Part shown: positions 26,326 through 39,678 of the stretch, piece after piece
Numbering within the stretch: position 1 is the first letter of the stretch
Layout of the letters: each line of letters opens with the position of its first letter
NCBI RefSeq assembly: GCF_036588685.1
Contig: NC_086375.1
Coordinates: forward strand, 13,392,001 to 13,456,000
Direction of reading: 5' to 3'
DNA: 64,000 bases
Origin: Mytilus trossulus
Lineage: Eukaryota
Program-made: the position numbers and the translations under genes
The notes under the pieces: generated by a model
What the model saw: only the letters and a program-made list of their open reading frames with translations
What the model was told of the DNA's origin: nothing
Database searches by the model: none

Positions 26326-27039
26326 ATTGTGGTGGGGTTTAACATGTTAGCATGCTGGTAACACATAAATAACAAACTAAAAATCAGTCTCCATCAGAGT
26401 ACAAACAAAAAACAAGATGTGATATGATTGCCAATGAGAATACTCCCCAGAAGAGACCAAATGTCTCTGAAATTAACAACTATAGATTACTGTACAGCCA
26501 TCAATAATGAACAAAGACCATACCTCATATTTAAAAAAATATTTGTAATTGGTGCTTCCCGACTTAGCACACAGATTTTTAAAGGGAAAGCAAAAACTGA
26601 TTATCCCTTCTCAGAATGATGCTTCAGGTTGTTCATTTGGACTGTTACCTTATAAACTAGCATATCCAAAATCAAACTCATTGTGTGTATTGAAGGACAA
26701 GGCAGGGTTCATGGGATAATGATGTTGTGTTAACATGTTAAGCAGCCATCCATGTTGTTGAATATCTAAGATACAAATGTAAAGTATGTTTCCATATTAT
26801 TTGTGACATGTTTATCAGCCATATGATATAGTTCTATATATTGATATGGGACCGTTATGATACCCCCACTGTATACCACATTCAGCTTGTCCAATCAACA
26901 AATGTTTCCATTACACTTTTGTCAGACACTACTGAACAGAATGACTTCATGTTTGGTCAGCAAACTGATAGTGGTGAATTATAGTTTTGTCTAATGTATA
27001 ATTCTTTTTTCTTCTATCATTTGTCTATGAGGTAACAGT

Positions 27040-30000
27040 AATTGTGGTGTTTAATTGTGATGTGGGTAATTCTGGTGATATATGTCATTCTTGTGCTGTA
27101 TGTGATTGTGGTGATGCAGGTCATTGTGGTGATGCAGGTCATTGTGGTGATACAGGTCATTATGGAGATGCAGTTCATTGTGGTGATGCAGGTCATTGTG
27201 GTGATGCATGTCATTGTGGTGATGCATGTCATTATGGTGATGCAGGTCATTGTGGTGATGCAGGTCATTATGGTGATGCAGGTCATTGTGGTAATGCAGG
27301 TCATTATGGTGATGCAGGTCATTGTGGTAATGCAGGTCATTATGGTGATGCATGTGATTGTGGTGATGCAAGTCATTAAGGTGATTGTATTGATGCATGT
27401 GATTGTGGTGATGCAAGTCATTGTGGTGATGCAGGTCATTGTGGTGATGCAGATGATTGTAGTGATGTAGGTCATTATGGTGATGCAGGTCATTGTGGTG
27501 ATGTAGGTCATTATGGTGATGCATTTTATTTTGGTGCTGCATGTGATTGTGGTGATGTTGGTCATTGTGGTGATGTAGGCCATTATGGTGATGCAGGTCA
27601 TTATGGTGATGCAGGTGATTGTAGTGATGCAGGTGATTGTAGTGATGAATGTCATTGTGGTGGTGCAGGTCATTGTAGTGATGCAGGTGATTGTAGTGAT
27701 GCATGTGATTGTGGTGATGTATGTGTTGCAGGTCATTGTGGTGCTGCAGGTCATTGTAGTGATGTAGGTCATTGTGGTGATGTAGGTCATTGTGGTGATG
27801 CAGGTCATTGTGGTGATGCAGATGATTGTAGTGATGTAGGTCATTATGGTGATGCAGGTCATTGTGGTGATGTAGGTCATTATGGAAATGCAGGTCATTG
27901 TGGTGCTGCAGGTCATTGTGGTGCTGCAGGTCATTGTAGTGATGTAGGTCATTGTGGTGATGTAGGTCATTGTGGTGATGCAGGTCATTGTAGTGATGTA
28001 GGTCATTGTGTTGATGTAGGTCATTGTGTTGATGCAGGTCATTGTGGTGATGCAGGTCATTGTTGTGATGCAGGTCATTGTGGTGATGCAGGTCATTGTG
28101 GTGATGCAGGTCATTGTAGTGATGTAGGTCATTGTGGTGATGTAGGTCATTGTGGTGATGCAGGTCATTGTAGTGATGTAGGTCATTGTGTTGATGTAGG
28201 TCATTGTGTTGATGCAGGTCATTGTTGTGATGCAGGTCATTGTTGTGATGCAGGTCATTGTGGTGATGTAGGTCATTGTGGTGATGCAGGTCATTGTAGT
28301 GATGTAGGTCATTGTGGTGATGTAGGTCATTGTGGTGATGCAGGTCATTGTAGTGATGTAGGTCATTGTGTTGATGTAGGTCATTGTGTTGATGTAGGTC
28401 ATTGTGGTGATGCAGGTCATTGTTGTGATGCAGGTCATTGTAGTGATGTAGGTCATTGTGGTGATGTAGGTCATTGTAGTGATGCAGGTCATTGTAGTGA
28501 TGCAGGTGATTGTAGTGATGCATGTGATTGTGGTGATGTATGTGATGCAGGTCATTGTGGTGCTGCAGGTCATTGTGATGCTGCAGGTCATTGTAGTGAT
28601 GTAGGTCATTGTGGTGATGTAGGTCATTGTGGTGATGCAGGTCATTGTGTTGATGCAGATGATTGTAGTGATGTAGGTCATTATGGTGATGCAGGTCATT
28701 GTGGTGCTGCAGGTCATTGTGGTGCTGCAGGTCATTGTAGTGATGTAGGTCATTGTGGTGATGTAGGTCATTGTGGTGATGCAGGTCATTGTGGTGATGC
28801 AGATGATTGTAGTGATGTAACTCATTATGGTGATGCAGGTCATTGTGGTGATGCAGGTCATTGTGGTGCTGCAGGTCATTGTAGTGATGTAGGTCATTGT
28901 GGTGATGTAGGTCATTGTGGTGATGCAGGTCATTGTGGTGATGCAGATGATTGTAGTGATGTAGGTCATTATGGTGATGCAGGTCATTATGGTAATGCAG
29001 GTTATTGTGGTACTGCATGTCATTGTGGTGATGTAGGTCATTGAGGTGATGTAGGTCATTGTGGTGATTCATTTTATTGTGGTGCTGCATGTCATTGTGG
29101 TGATGTAGGTCATTGTGTTGATGTAGGTCATTGTGGTGATGCAGGTCATTGTGGTGATGCAGGTCATTGTTGTGATGTAGGTCATTATGGTGATGTAGGT
29201 CATTATGGAAATGCAGGTCATTGTGGTGATGCAGGTCATTGTGGTGATGCAGGTCATTGTAGTGATGTAGGTCATTATAGTGATGTAGGTCATTATGGAA
29301 ATGCAGGTCATTGTGGTGCTGCAGGTCATTGTGGTGATGTAGGTCATTGTGGTGATGCAGGTCATTGTGGTGATGCATGTGATTGTGGTGATGCAGGTCA
29401 TTGTGGTGATGCAGGTCATTGTGATGATGTAGGTCATTGTGGTGATGCATTTTATTGTGGTGCTGCATGACATTGTGGTGATGTAGGTCATTGTGTTGAT
29501 TAAGGTCATTGTGGTGATGTAGGCCATTATGGTGATGCAGGTGATTGTAGTGATTCACGCGATTGGGGTGATGCAGGTGATTGTAGTGATGTAGGTCATT
29601 ATGGTGATGCAGGTCATTATGGTGATTATAGTGATGCATGTGATTGTGGTGATGCAAGTCATTGTGGTGATGCAGGTCATTGTTTTCATGCAGATCATTG
29701 TGGTGATGCATGTCATTGTGGGGATGTAGGCCATTATGGTGATGCAGGTGACTGTAGTGATGCATGTCATTGTGGTGCTGCATGTCATTGTGGTGATGTA
29801 GGTCATTGTGTTGATGTAGGTTATTGTGGTGATGTAGGCCATTATGGTGATGCAGGTGATTGTAGTGATGCATGTGATTGTGGAGATGCAGGTGATTGTA
29901 GTGATGTAGGTCGTTGTGGTGATGTATGTGATTGTAGTGATGTAGGTCATTATGATAATGCATGTCATTATGGTAATGCAGATCATTTTGGTGCTGCAGG

Positions 30001-33000
30001 GCATTATGGTGATGCAGGTCATTGTGGTGATGTAGGTCATTGTGGTGCTGCAGGTCATTGTGGTGATGCAGGTCATTATGGTGATGCAGGTCATTATGGT
30101 GATGTATGTGATTGTGGTGCTGCAGGTCATTGTAGTGATGCAGGTCATTATGGTAATGCAGGTCATTGTGGTGATGCAGGTCATTGTGGTGATGCAGGTG
30201 ATTGTGGTGATGCAGGTCATTATGGTAATGCAGGTCATTGTGGTGCTGTTTGTTGATGCAGGTCATTATGGTGATGAAGGTCATTGTGGTGATGCAGATC
30301 ATTGTGGTGATGCAAGTCATTGTGGTGATGCAAATCATTATGGTAATGCAGGTGATTGAAAAGATGCATGTGATAATGGTGATGCAAGTTATTGTGGTGA
30401 TGCAGGTCATTGGGGTGATGCAGGTCATTGTGGTGATGTAGGTCATTGTGGTGATGCATGTCATTGTGATGCTGCAGGTCATTGCGGTGATGCATTTTAT
30501 TGTGGTGATGCATGTAATTGTGGTGCTGCATGTCATTGTGTTGATGAAGGTCATTGTGTTGATGTATGTTATTGTGGTGATGTAGGTCATTATGGTGATG
30601 CAGGTGAATGTAGTGATACATGTGATTGTGGTAATGTAGGTCATTGTGGTGATGTGGGTGATTGTAGTGATGTAGGTCATTATGGTAATGCAGGTCATTG
30701 TGGTGATGCAGTTGATTGTAGTGATTCACGCGATTGGGGTGATGCAGGTGATTGTAGTGATGTAGGTCATTATGGTGATGCAGGTCATTATGGTGATTAT
30801 AGTGATGCATGTGATTGTGGTGATGCAAGTCATTGTGGTGATGCAGGTCATTGTTTTCATGCAGATCATTGTGGTGATGCATGTCATTGTGGGGATGTAG
30901 GCCATTATGGTGATGCAGGTGACTGTAGTGATGCATGTCATTGTGGTGCTGCATGTCATTGTGGTGATGTAGGTCATTGTGTTGATGTAGGTTATTGTGG
31001 TGATGTAGGCCATTATGGTGATGCAGGTGATTGTAGTGATGCATGTGATTGTGGAGATGCAGGTGATTGTAGTGATGTAGGTCGTTGTGGTGATGTATGT
31101 GATTGTAGTGATGTAGGTCATTATGATAATGCATGTCATTATGGTAATGCAGATCATTTTGGTGCTGCAGGGCATTATGGTGATGCAGGTCATTGTGGTG
31201 ATGTAGGTCATTGTGGTGCTGCAGGTCATTGTGGTGATGCAGGTCATTATGGTGATGCAGGTCATTATGGTGATGTATGTGATTGTGGTGCTGCAGGTCA
31301 TTGTAGTGATGCAGGTCATTATGGTAATGCAGGTCATTGTGGTGATGCAGGTCATTGTGGTGATGCAGGTGATTGTGGTGATGCAGGTCATTATGGTAAT
31401 GCAGGTCATTGTGGTGCTGTTTGTTGATGCAGGTCATTATGGTGATGAAGGTCATTGTGGTGATGCAGATCATTGTGGTGATGCAAGTCATTGTGGTGAT
31501 GCAAATCATTATGGTAATGCAGGTGATTGAAAAGATGCATGTGATAATGGTGATGCAAGTTATTGTGGTGATGCAGGTCATTGGGGTGATGCAGGTCATT
31601 GTGGTGATGTAGGTCATTGTGGTGATGCATGTCATTGTGATGCTGCAGGTCATTGCGGTGATGCATTTTATTGTGGTGATGCATGTAATTGTGGTGCTGC
31701 ATGTCATTGTGTTGATGAAGGTCATTGTGTTGATGTATGTTATTGTGGTGATGTAGGTCATTATGGTGATGCAGGTGAATGTAGTGATACATGTGATTGT
31801 GGTAATGTAGGTCATTGTGGTGATGTGGGTGATTGTAGTGATGTAGGTCATTATGGTAATGCAGGTCATTGTGGTGATGCAGTTGATTGTAGTGATGTAG
31901 GTCATTATGGTGATGCAGGTGGTTGTAGTGATGCATGTGATTTGTGGTGATGTAGGTCATTGTGGTGTGTAGGTGATTTTAATGATGTAGGTCATTATGG
32001 TGATGTTGGTCATTATGGTGATGCAGGTCATTATGGTGATGAAGGTCATTGTGGTGATGCAGGTCATTGTTTTGATGCAGTTGATTGAAGTGATGTAGGT
32101 CATTATGGTGATGCAGGTCATTATGGGGATGTAGGTCATTATGGTGCTGCAGGTCATTGTGGTGATGCAGTTGATTGAAGTGATGTAGGTCATTATGGTG
32201 CTGCATGTGATTGTGGTGCTGCAGGTCATTGTAGTGATGCAGGTCATTGTGAGTATGTAGGTCATTATGGTGATGCAGGTCATTGTGGTGCTGTTTGTCA
32301 TTATGGTGATGCAGGTCATTGTGGTGCTGTTTGTCATTACGGTGATGCAGATCATTATGGTGGTGCAGATCATTATGGCGATGCATGTCATTGTGGTGAT
32401 GCAGGTCATTGTGGCGATTGGGCTTATTGTGGTGCTGCAGGTCTTTTTGGTGATGCAGGTCATTGTGGCGATTGGGCTTATTATGGTGCTGCAGGTCATT
32501 GTGGTGATGCAGGTCATTGTGGTGATGCATTTTATTGTGGTGATGCATGTAATTGTGGTGCTGCATGTCATTGTGTTGATGTAGGTCATTGTGTTGATGT
32601 ATGTTATTGTGGTGATGTAGGTCATTATGGTGATGCAGGTGAATGTAGTGATACATGTGATTGTGGTAATGTAGGTCATTTTGGTGATGTAGGTGATTGT
32701 AGTGATGTAGGTCATTATGGTAATGCAGGTCATTGTGGTGATGCAGTTGATTGTAGTGATGTAGGTCATTATGGTGATGCAGGTGGTTGAAGTGATGCAT
32801 GTGATTTGTGGTGATGTAGGTGATTGTAGTGATGTAGGTCATTATGGTGATGTTGGTCATTATGGTGATGCAGGTCATTATGGTGATGAAGGTCATTGTG
32901 GTGATGCAGGTCATTGTTTTGAAGCAGTTGATTGAAGTGATGTAGGTCATTATGGTGATGCAGGTCATTATGGTGATGTAGGTCATTATGGTGCTGCAGG

Positions 33001-34030
33001 TCATTGTAATGATGCAGTTGATTGAAGTGATGTAGGTCATTATGGTGCTGCATGTGATTGTGGTGCTGCAGGTCATTGTAGTGATGCAGGTCATTGTGAG
33101 TATGTAGGTCATTATGGTGATGCAGGTCATTGTGGTGCTGTTTGTCATTATGGTGATGCAGGTCATTGTGGTGCTGTTTGTCATTACGGTGATTCAGATC
33201 ATTATGGTGGTGCAGATCATTATGGCGATGCATGTCATTGTGGTGATGCAGGTCATTGTGGCGATTGGGCTTATTGTGGTGCTGCAGGTCTTTTTGGTGA
33301 TGCAGGTCATTGTGGCGATTGGGCTTATTGTGGTGCTGCAGGTCATTGTGGTGATGCATGTCATTGTGGTGATGCAGGTCATTGTGGTGATGCAGGTCAT
33401 TGTGGTGATGCATGTCATTGTGGTGATGTAGGCCATTATGGTGATTGTTGTGATGCAGATCATTATGGCGATGAATGTCATTGTTGTGATGCTTGTGATT
33501 GTGGTGCTGTATGTCATTGTGGTGATGCACGTAATTGTGGTGATGCAGGTCATTGTGGTGATGCAGGTCATTATGGTGATGTTGGTCATTGTGGTGATGC
33601 AGGTCATTATGGTGATGTTGGTCATTGTGGTGATGCAGGTCATTATGGTGATGCAGGTCATTGTGGTGATGCAGGTCAGTATGGTGATGCAGGTCATTGT
33701 GGTGATGCATGTGATTGGTATGATGCATGTGATTATGGTGATGCATTTCATTGTCGTGATGGATGTCATTGTGGTGTTGCATGTTATTCTGGTGCAGTAA
33801 TTAATTTTGGTGCTGTAAATTATTGCGGTGTTTTAAGTAATGATGGTACTTTATTAGTAATTGTGATGCTGTATGTAATTGAGATGCAGCAAGTTATCGT
33901 GATGTTGTAAGTAATTGTTTGTGGTGTAAGGAATTGTTGTGTTGTAAGTAATTGCGTTGCAGTAAGTAAATGTGGTGTTGTAAGTAATAGCGAGACAGAA
34001 AGTTACTAGTATTGTGGTGTTGTGGTGAAG
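27040..34030. repeat. ~7 kb minisatellite, 18-bp unit GGTCATTGTGGTGATGCA (two 9-bp halves), with higher-order duplications
   Basis: Directly visible, several hundred units. Identical ORF translations at 29555-30238 and 30726-31409 show a 1171-bp tandem duplication; 32267-32584 vs 33114-33431 show an ~847-bp one. The right end decays into GTAAGTAATTGTGGTGTT-like units. Confidence 0.95.
27051..30248 (-). other. Uninterrupted ~1060-codon His-rich reading frame (HHHNDL)n within the minisatellite; coding status unresolved
   Basis: Distal part of ORF 27051..30698. No signal peptide or splice structure identified; upstream segments of the array are frameshifted relative to it. Confidence 0.25.
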
Positions 34031-34254
34031 CTAAATTTATCAGATTTTATTTATATAAGATTCAGAAATTCGAATCCAATGTTCATATAGTTATCATAAC
34101 ATTAAGAACTTTGATCCATGTGTTTTAGTTAGTGGTTCCAATCACCCTGGCCTATTTTAATTACCAACCTGACTGATAAACTATTTCTATTGAAAAAGGC
34201 CATATTTAAGAGATTTCATCTGAAATCAAGACTTTGACAAATATCATAACTAAG

Positions 34255-35543
34255 CAGAGATGGGTCCGATTACTTTCAATGTAATTGATTAAATTACAAT
34301 TACTTTGTCATTTGTACGATTAAATTAAATTAATGATTACATCATTTCTGAAAGTGTCTGATTAAATTAATGATTACATTGGCAAAGTAATCATGATTAC
34401 ATCTGATAACAATGGATTAAAAAAAACATTTTGCATGATGTGACTGAATAAACATTTAATATATAACTATAGCAAATTTTTAGAAAGTAATGTGTTTGCT
34501 ATATTATAAAATGACAACTTCAAACTTCATCTATTTAATAAACCTCAAAAGTCCACTTCATACAGACATGAACATTGTTTCACTGATTACGACCCATTGC
34601 GTTTTATCATCATTAATCTCTGAATTATTTTGACTTCAATTGAATATAGCTTTATAAAAAGCATTTGCTGTTTGTCCTTTGACATGTTCTAGACTTAATT
34701 TATGTTTTGTTTCAAGGTACAGTTTATGGGAGTTAAAATATGGATGAAATTGTACCAGTTTAATCAAATTGTAAACAAAATACAAGTGCTAAAAATCATT
34801 GCATTTTACATGTCCAGTCTAAATACATACAAACATTTGCTTATTTTAAACAAGATATTTGTCCAACTTTTAATTAATTTTGTGCTAATTAGATAAATAA
34901 TCACATGTCTGATTTATCTTTTACCATATATATTGTCATACAGCTATACTCAGTTGGTAATTGCAATAAAAACAAACCTTAATTGGTTTCCTACCTGTCA
35001 ATTTAAAGATGACAAAAATCACAATATCAACAAAAGACTATAATTAAGGTTAAAGAAAAGTATTACTTGAATATAACAGTTATTATCAAATATATATATA
35101 TGTACATCTTTAAATTCTAAATATATGTACAATATCTTTTACTAAGGCCAGAAACATATAATTATATTATATGTCTCTTCTTAGGCTATTGATGACTTTT
35201 CAATACTGTAACAGTTTATTTTTTACTGAAGTATACAAACCAATTGTCATGTTTTATAAAAAGATAAAGTAAACCAAACTATCTCAACATGTTCAATGTG
35301 AATTGAATAAGAGTAACAAAAAGTTTCCTTTATTGACCATAAACACAGTTTAAGATATTTTTTCATTGTAATCAGAATGTAATCATAAAGTAATCAGGAT
35401 TACAGGGTATTTTGAAAAGTAATTGATTAAATTAAATTACATGTAATCAGATTTTTGGCTGATTAATGATTACAATGATTACTTGAAGAATTGTAATCAA
35501 TTACAGCTGATTAACGATTACAATTACAATTACCCCAACTCTG
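34255..35543. mobile_element. Non-autonomous hAT element (1.29 kb)
   Basis: Ends CAGAGATGGG...CCCAACTCTG, 8-bp TSD TAACTAAG (34247-34254, 35544-35551), dense subterminal GTAAT/ATTAC repeats. Confidence 0.85.
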
Positions 35544-36559
35544 TAACTAAGCAACTGTGACCTTGACTTTTGACAATGCCAAAGTCGATATGCTTTCTCC
35601 TTTTCCCACTTTTTAAAACTGGTATTAGTTACATTAAAATCCAACAAATGGACTTTGAGAAATTCCCCAACAACTCGGTGAAACCGGTTTTTGGAAAGTT
35701 TGCTATAGCTTGCTATAGCAATAAACTTTCTTAAGGCATCGACCTAACCGGAAAAGAGACAGACTAACTTACTTTAGGAAGTGTGTCCTACTTCTAGATA
35801 ATGTAGTACTGGTGTTTGAAAACTAATAATAGAAAGATGCTTTTGCAATTTTGAGCTCTTCTATTTTAATAGCATACAGCTTGAATAAGAAATGTACTGA
35901 ATTTTCATCGATAAATCAAATAATTCAACTTCATTTGAAAGACGAACAAACACTACTTCGCGGATCTGCGCTACGCGGAAAGTAAAATCAAAACACACAC
36001 GAGACAGCAGTTTCTACGTTATGATTTTATCGGTATTCTTCAGGTACCAGTCTTGTATTACAACTCCAATTTCCGGTGCATGTCAAAACATGGAGGGAAA
36101 CAAAATAGTGCATTTTTTTCTGAATTTTTTTCTGAACTCAGTTTTTTCTGTTTGATTATAGGTTTATGCTGAATTGAAACATATATATAGACTTTAAAAA
36201 AAACTTGCATCTTTTGGGGATATCAATCCAGGAAAGTGGAAGGATATCATGTTTACTGGAAGTGGTGCGGCCTAGTAAAAATAGCAAACAGAAAGTAGAA
36301 AAAAAATGTTGATGTCATGATACACAGGTAAAGAATAGACAGAGAACATTAGTTCATAGAAGGGGGGTCTATAAATATATAGAGTAGGTCAGACCAGAGA
36401 TTTCATGATACACAGGTAAAGAATAGATAGAGAACAAGTTTTTGCTCAGTTCTTATTTTTTTCTCCTTGGGGTCTATTTAGTTGTATTTTGAGGGGCCAA
36501 CAGAAGGGAGGAATTTACTATAGAACCCCAAGGGATTTTTTTTTTAATTTTCAATAACA

Positions 36560-38140
36560 ATAATAAATTATAAACTTTAAGAAAACAGTAAGTGACACCC
36601 ACACATGGTTTTCAATAATGGTCACAGGACCATAAAACAAATCAAATTAATTAAATTTAGGCTGAGTCCATGGTGTCACCCCACCTAACCCCTCATGTTT
36701 GAATACTTAAAAACAGTCAGATCCCCACTCCTAAACATTAGATATTCTTTATACGTTACAATAAAACAAATCAAATGAAATAAAAGGCGAGTCCCCTGGG
36801 GTCACCCTCACCCCCTGGTTTTTTGAGAACTTATTAACAGTTGAGATCTCCACCCATATACCATATATATTATTGTATGGGACAATGAAATAAATCAAAT
36901 GAAATATAGAGGAACTCCAGAGGGGTCAGTCACCCCATCCCTTTCTTTTCGAAAACTCGTAAACAGTTGAGATCCCCACCCATAAACCATATATATTTTT
37001 GTATAGGACAACAAAACAAATCAAATTAAATAAAGTGGGTGTCCCTTTGGGTCAGCCCCAACCCCTCATGTCTGGAACTTAGAAACTGTCGAGATCCCCA
37101 CCTCTAAACCATATATATTTTTGTATAGGGCAACAAAACAAATTCAATGAAATAAAGTGGGAGTCCCTTTGGGTCAGCCCCACCCCCTCATGTATGAGAA
37201 CTTGTAAACGGTCGAGATCCCCACCCCTAAACCATATATATTTTTGTATAGGGCAACAAAACAAATTAAATGAAATAAAGTGGGTGTCACTTTTGGTCAG
37301 CCCCACCCCCTCATGTCTGACAACTTGAAAACGGTCGAGATCCCCACCCCTAAACCATATATATATTTGTATAGGGCAACAAAACAAATTTAATGAAATA
37401 AAGTGGGAGTCCATTAAGGTCAGCCCCACCCCCTCATGTCTGAGAACTTGTAAACGGTCGAAATCCCCACCCCTAAACCATATATATTTTTGTATAGGGC
37501 AACAAGACAAATTCAATGAAATAAAGTGGGAGTCCCTTTGGGTCAGCCCCACCCCCTGTTGTTTGACAACTTGGAAATGGTCAAGATCCCCACCCCTTAA
37601 CCATATATATTCTTGTACTGGACAATAAAACAAATCAAATTCAAAAGAAGGCGAGTCCCTAGGGGTCAATCCCATCCCCTTGTTGTTTGAGAACTTGTAA
37701 ACGGCTGAGATCCCCACCCACAAACCATATATATTTTTGTATGAGAAAATAAAATGAATCAAAATGAAATATAGAAGAAGTCCACAGGGGTGACCCAACC
37801 AACCACCCCATCCTGTTTTGAGAACTTGTAAACAGTCAAGATCCACCCCCTTTTCGAAAATTTGAAAACTGTTGAAATCCCCACACTGAAACAACATATA
37901 TTCTTGTACGAAATAATAAAAAAAATCAGATGAAATAAAAGACTGGTCCCTAGGGCCACTCTTACCCTACCTCCTGCCTGTTTGAGAACCTGTAAACTGT
38001 CTAGATACCCACCCCCAAATCATGAATATCACTTAACTAGACCTTTGTATTGGACTTTGCTTAATGTCAGGCGACCCGTGGGAATGACTAATTTTGAGAA
38101 CTTTGTTTGGGAGACTTCGTAGCAGCATCCTGTTACAATC
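36560..38140. repeat. Tandem array of ~123-bp units (about 11-12 copies, central ones homogeneous)
   Basis: GAGATCCCCACCCCTAAACCATATATATTTTTGTATAGGGCAACAAAAC recurs every ~123 bp; ORF 37079..37897 is its 41-aa periodic translation. Confidence 0.85.
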
Positions 38141-38680
38141 ATTTCTTGATAAAGTTTTTTCTTTTTCAAGTAGGAAAAAAAAGTTAACAATGCAATCTAC
38201 ACACTATTTATTTGAAATATTACAATCTACCGTTGCAAACTTTCCACAGGTGCTATCCAGCACTTTGATTTTTCTATATTTTTAGCAACTGTGACCTTCC
38301 TTCCAGTCTAGAAATCTATTTTCCTCACATCTTCATTTTTAACCAACAAATTAAGTTCAGAATATTATACGGATATTACTTTTTTTTTATTTTCTTTATT
38401 AACAAGTGACCTTGAACTTTGACATATTGACCCCAAAAAATAAAAAAAGGTTGTTGTCTCTTTCCGATATCTTCCTCCTATATAAGTTTTGTTTCAATTA
38501 ACAAATAGGAAATCTAGTTGTTTTCCGGAAAGCATTGTGAACAAAGCAACGACTTTTATACTACCGGAATTTGTTTCTTTCGGATAGCATTTTTTAAGAT
38601 ATAAAACTCTATTCTTTGAGAGAGATGTGTTATAGCAAAACAAAGGTAAACAATGGAAACATGAAAGATCATGAAAATAA

Positions 38681-38826
38681 ATACATTAGTCCATGAAAAT
38701 AAACACCGAAAAATACATTAGTCCATGAAAATAAACACCGAAAAATACATTAGTCCATGAAAATAAACACCGAAAAATACATTAGTCCATGAAAATAAAC
38801 ACCGAAAAATACATTAGTCCATGAAA
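38681..38826. repeat. 32-bp perfect tandem repeat, ~4.5 copies
   Basis: ATACATTAGTCCATGAAAATAAACACCGAAAA at 38681, 38713, 38745, 38777, with a partial copy at 38809. Confidence 0.9.
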
Positions 38827-39638
38827 CCTGTCTGCGAATGGAGACACCAAAAAATGTGCTAGTTTAAATGCAGTAGCAATTGTTTCATACATATTCTGGA
38901 CGTTAAAACGAGCAGTATAATAGAAGCTGATCTAATTGTGGTGGCCATAGCATCATCGTGTAACAGATACCAAATAAATATAAACCCATGGGTTTATACA
39001 TCTATGACTATACTATTAAGCAACTTATTTAGGCAAACATTTTTTCTCCGCATTAATCGATTTTTGCGTAGTTTGATAGCTGTCTCGATCTTAAAAACTA
39101 AAACCATAATATTATGGTTGAGAAATTGGGACGTATAAAATACAGTTCTATTTATACTCTATTGGTATTGACACTATTTATATCTGTAAACTTTAAGGAT
39201 CAATAAACAATATTTAGTTGATCATGCAGTCACTCATTTAGTGTTTCTACGTGTTGTGAAATATCCTTTTAAAAATAAAACGAGCGATGTTTTAGTTTGG
39301 AGTTTATATAGTGACGATTTGAACTCAAGCTTCGGGTAAGAATCTCTACATGTATTAAATTTAAGTCTTTAGTATCTGGATTGTCTTACTGACAAGCATA
39401 CTCCGTCTCTTTTATTGACTACAGTGTCATTTTACAAAACAGATTTAAAAAAAAACATTTCCTATTCTATGAATATTTTTGTTTGTAATGTTTTTAGTTA
39501 ATATTTATTTAATATTTGCTACTACTTAATGGGACACTAGCTAAGAGATCATATATGAAAAACCTAATGAAACGAAGCTTAGTATTTTCATGCCAGTGCC
39601 TTGTTTATTGTTTTATTTAGACTTTATACTTTTTTTTA

Positions 39639-39678
39639 AAATTTATCAAAACTATTTATAAATAGTTTTGATAAATTT
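39639..39678. repeat. Perfect 40-bp AT-rich palindrome without spacer
   Basis: AAATTTATCAAAACTATTTA|TAAATAGTTTTGATAAATTT; extends imperfectly to ~39628-39690. Confidence 0.9.

Noticed and set aside
27017-33800. Long Thr/Met/Cys/Ile ORFs (TTMTCI)n and plus-strand GDAGHC / VVMQVI ORFs
   Set aside because: Alternative frames of the 18-bp minisatellite; common variants are often non-synonymous in these frames and stops interrupt them.
27040-34030. CRISPR-like array
   Set aside because: Units are head-to-tail with no unique spacers; eukaryotic context with no cas genes.
37079-37897. 272-aa ORF with 41-aa repeats
   Set aside because: Product of a 123-bp tandem repeat; the sister array at 10480-11510 does not keep the frame, and the start is non-ATG.
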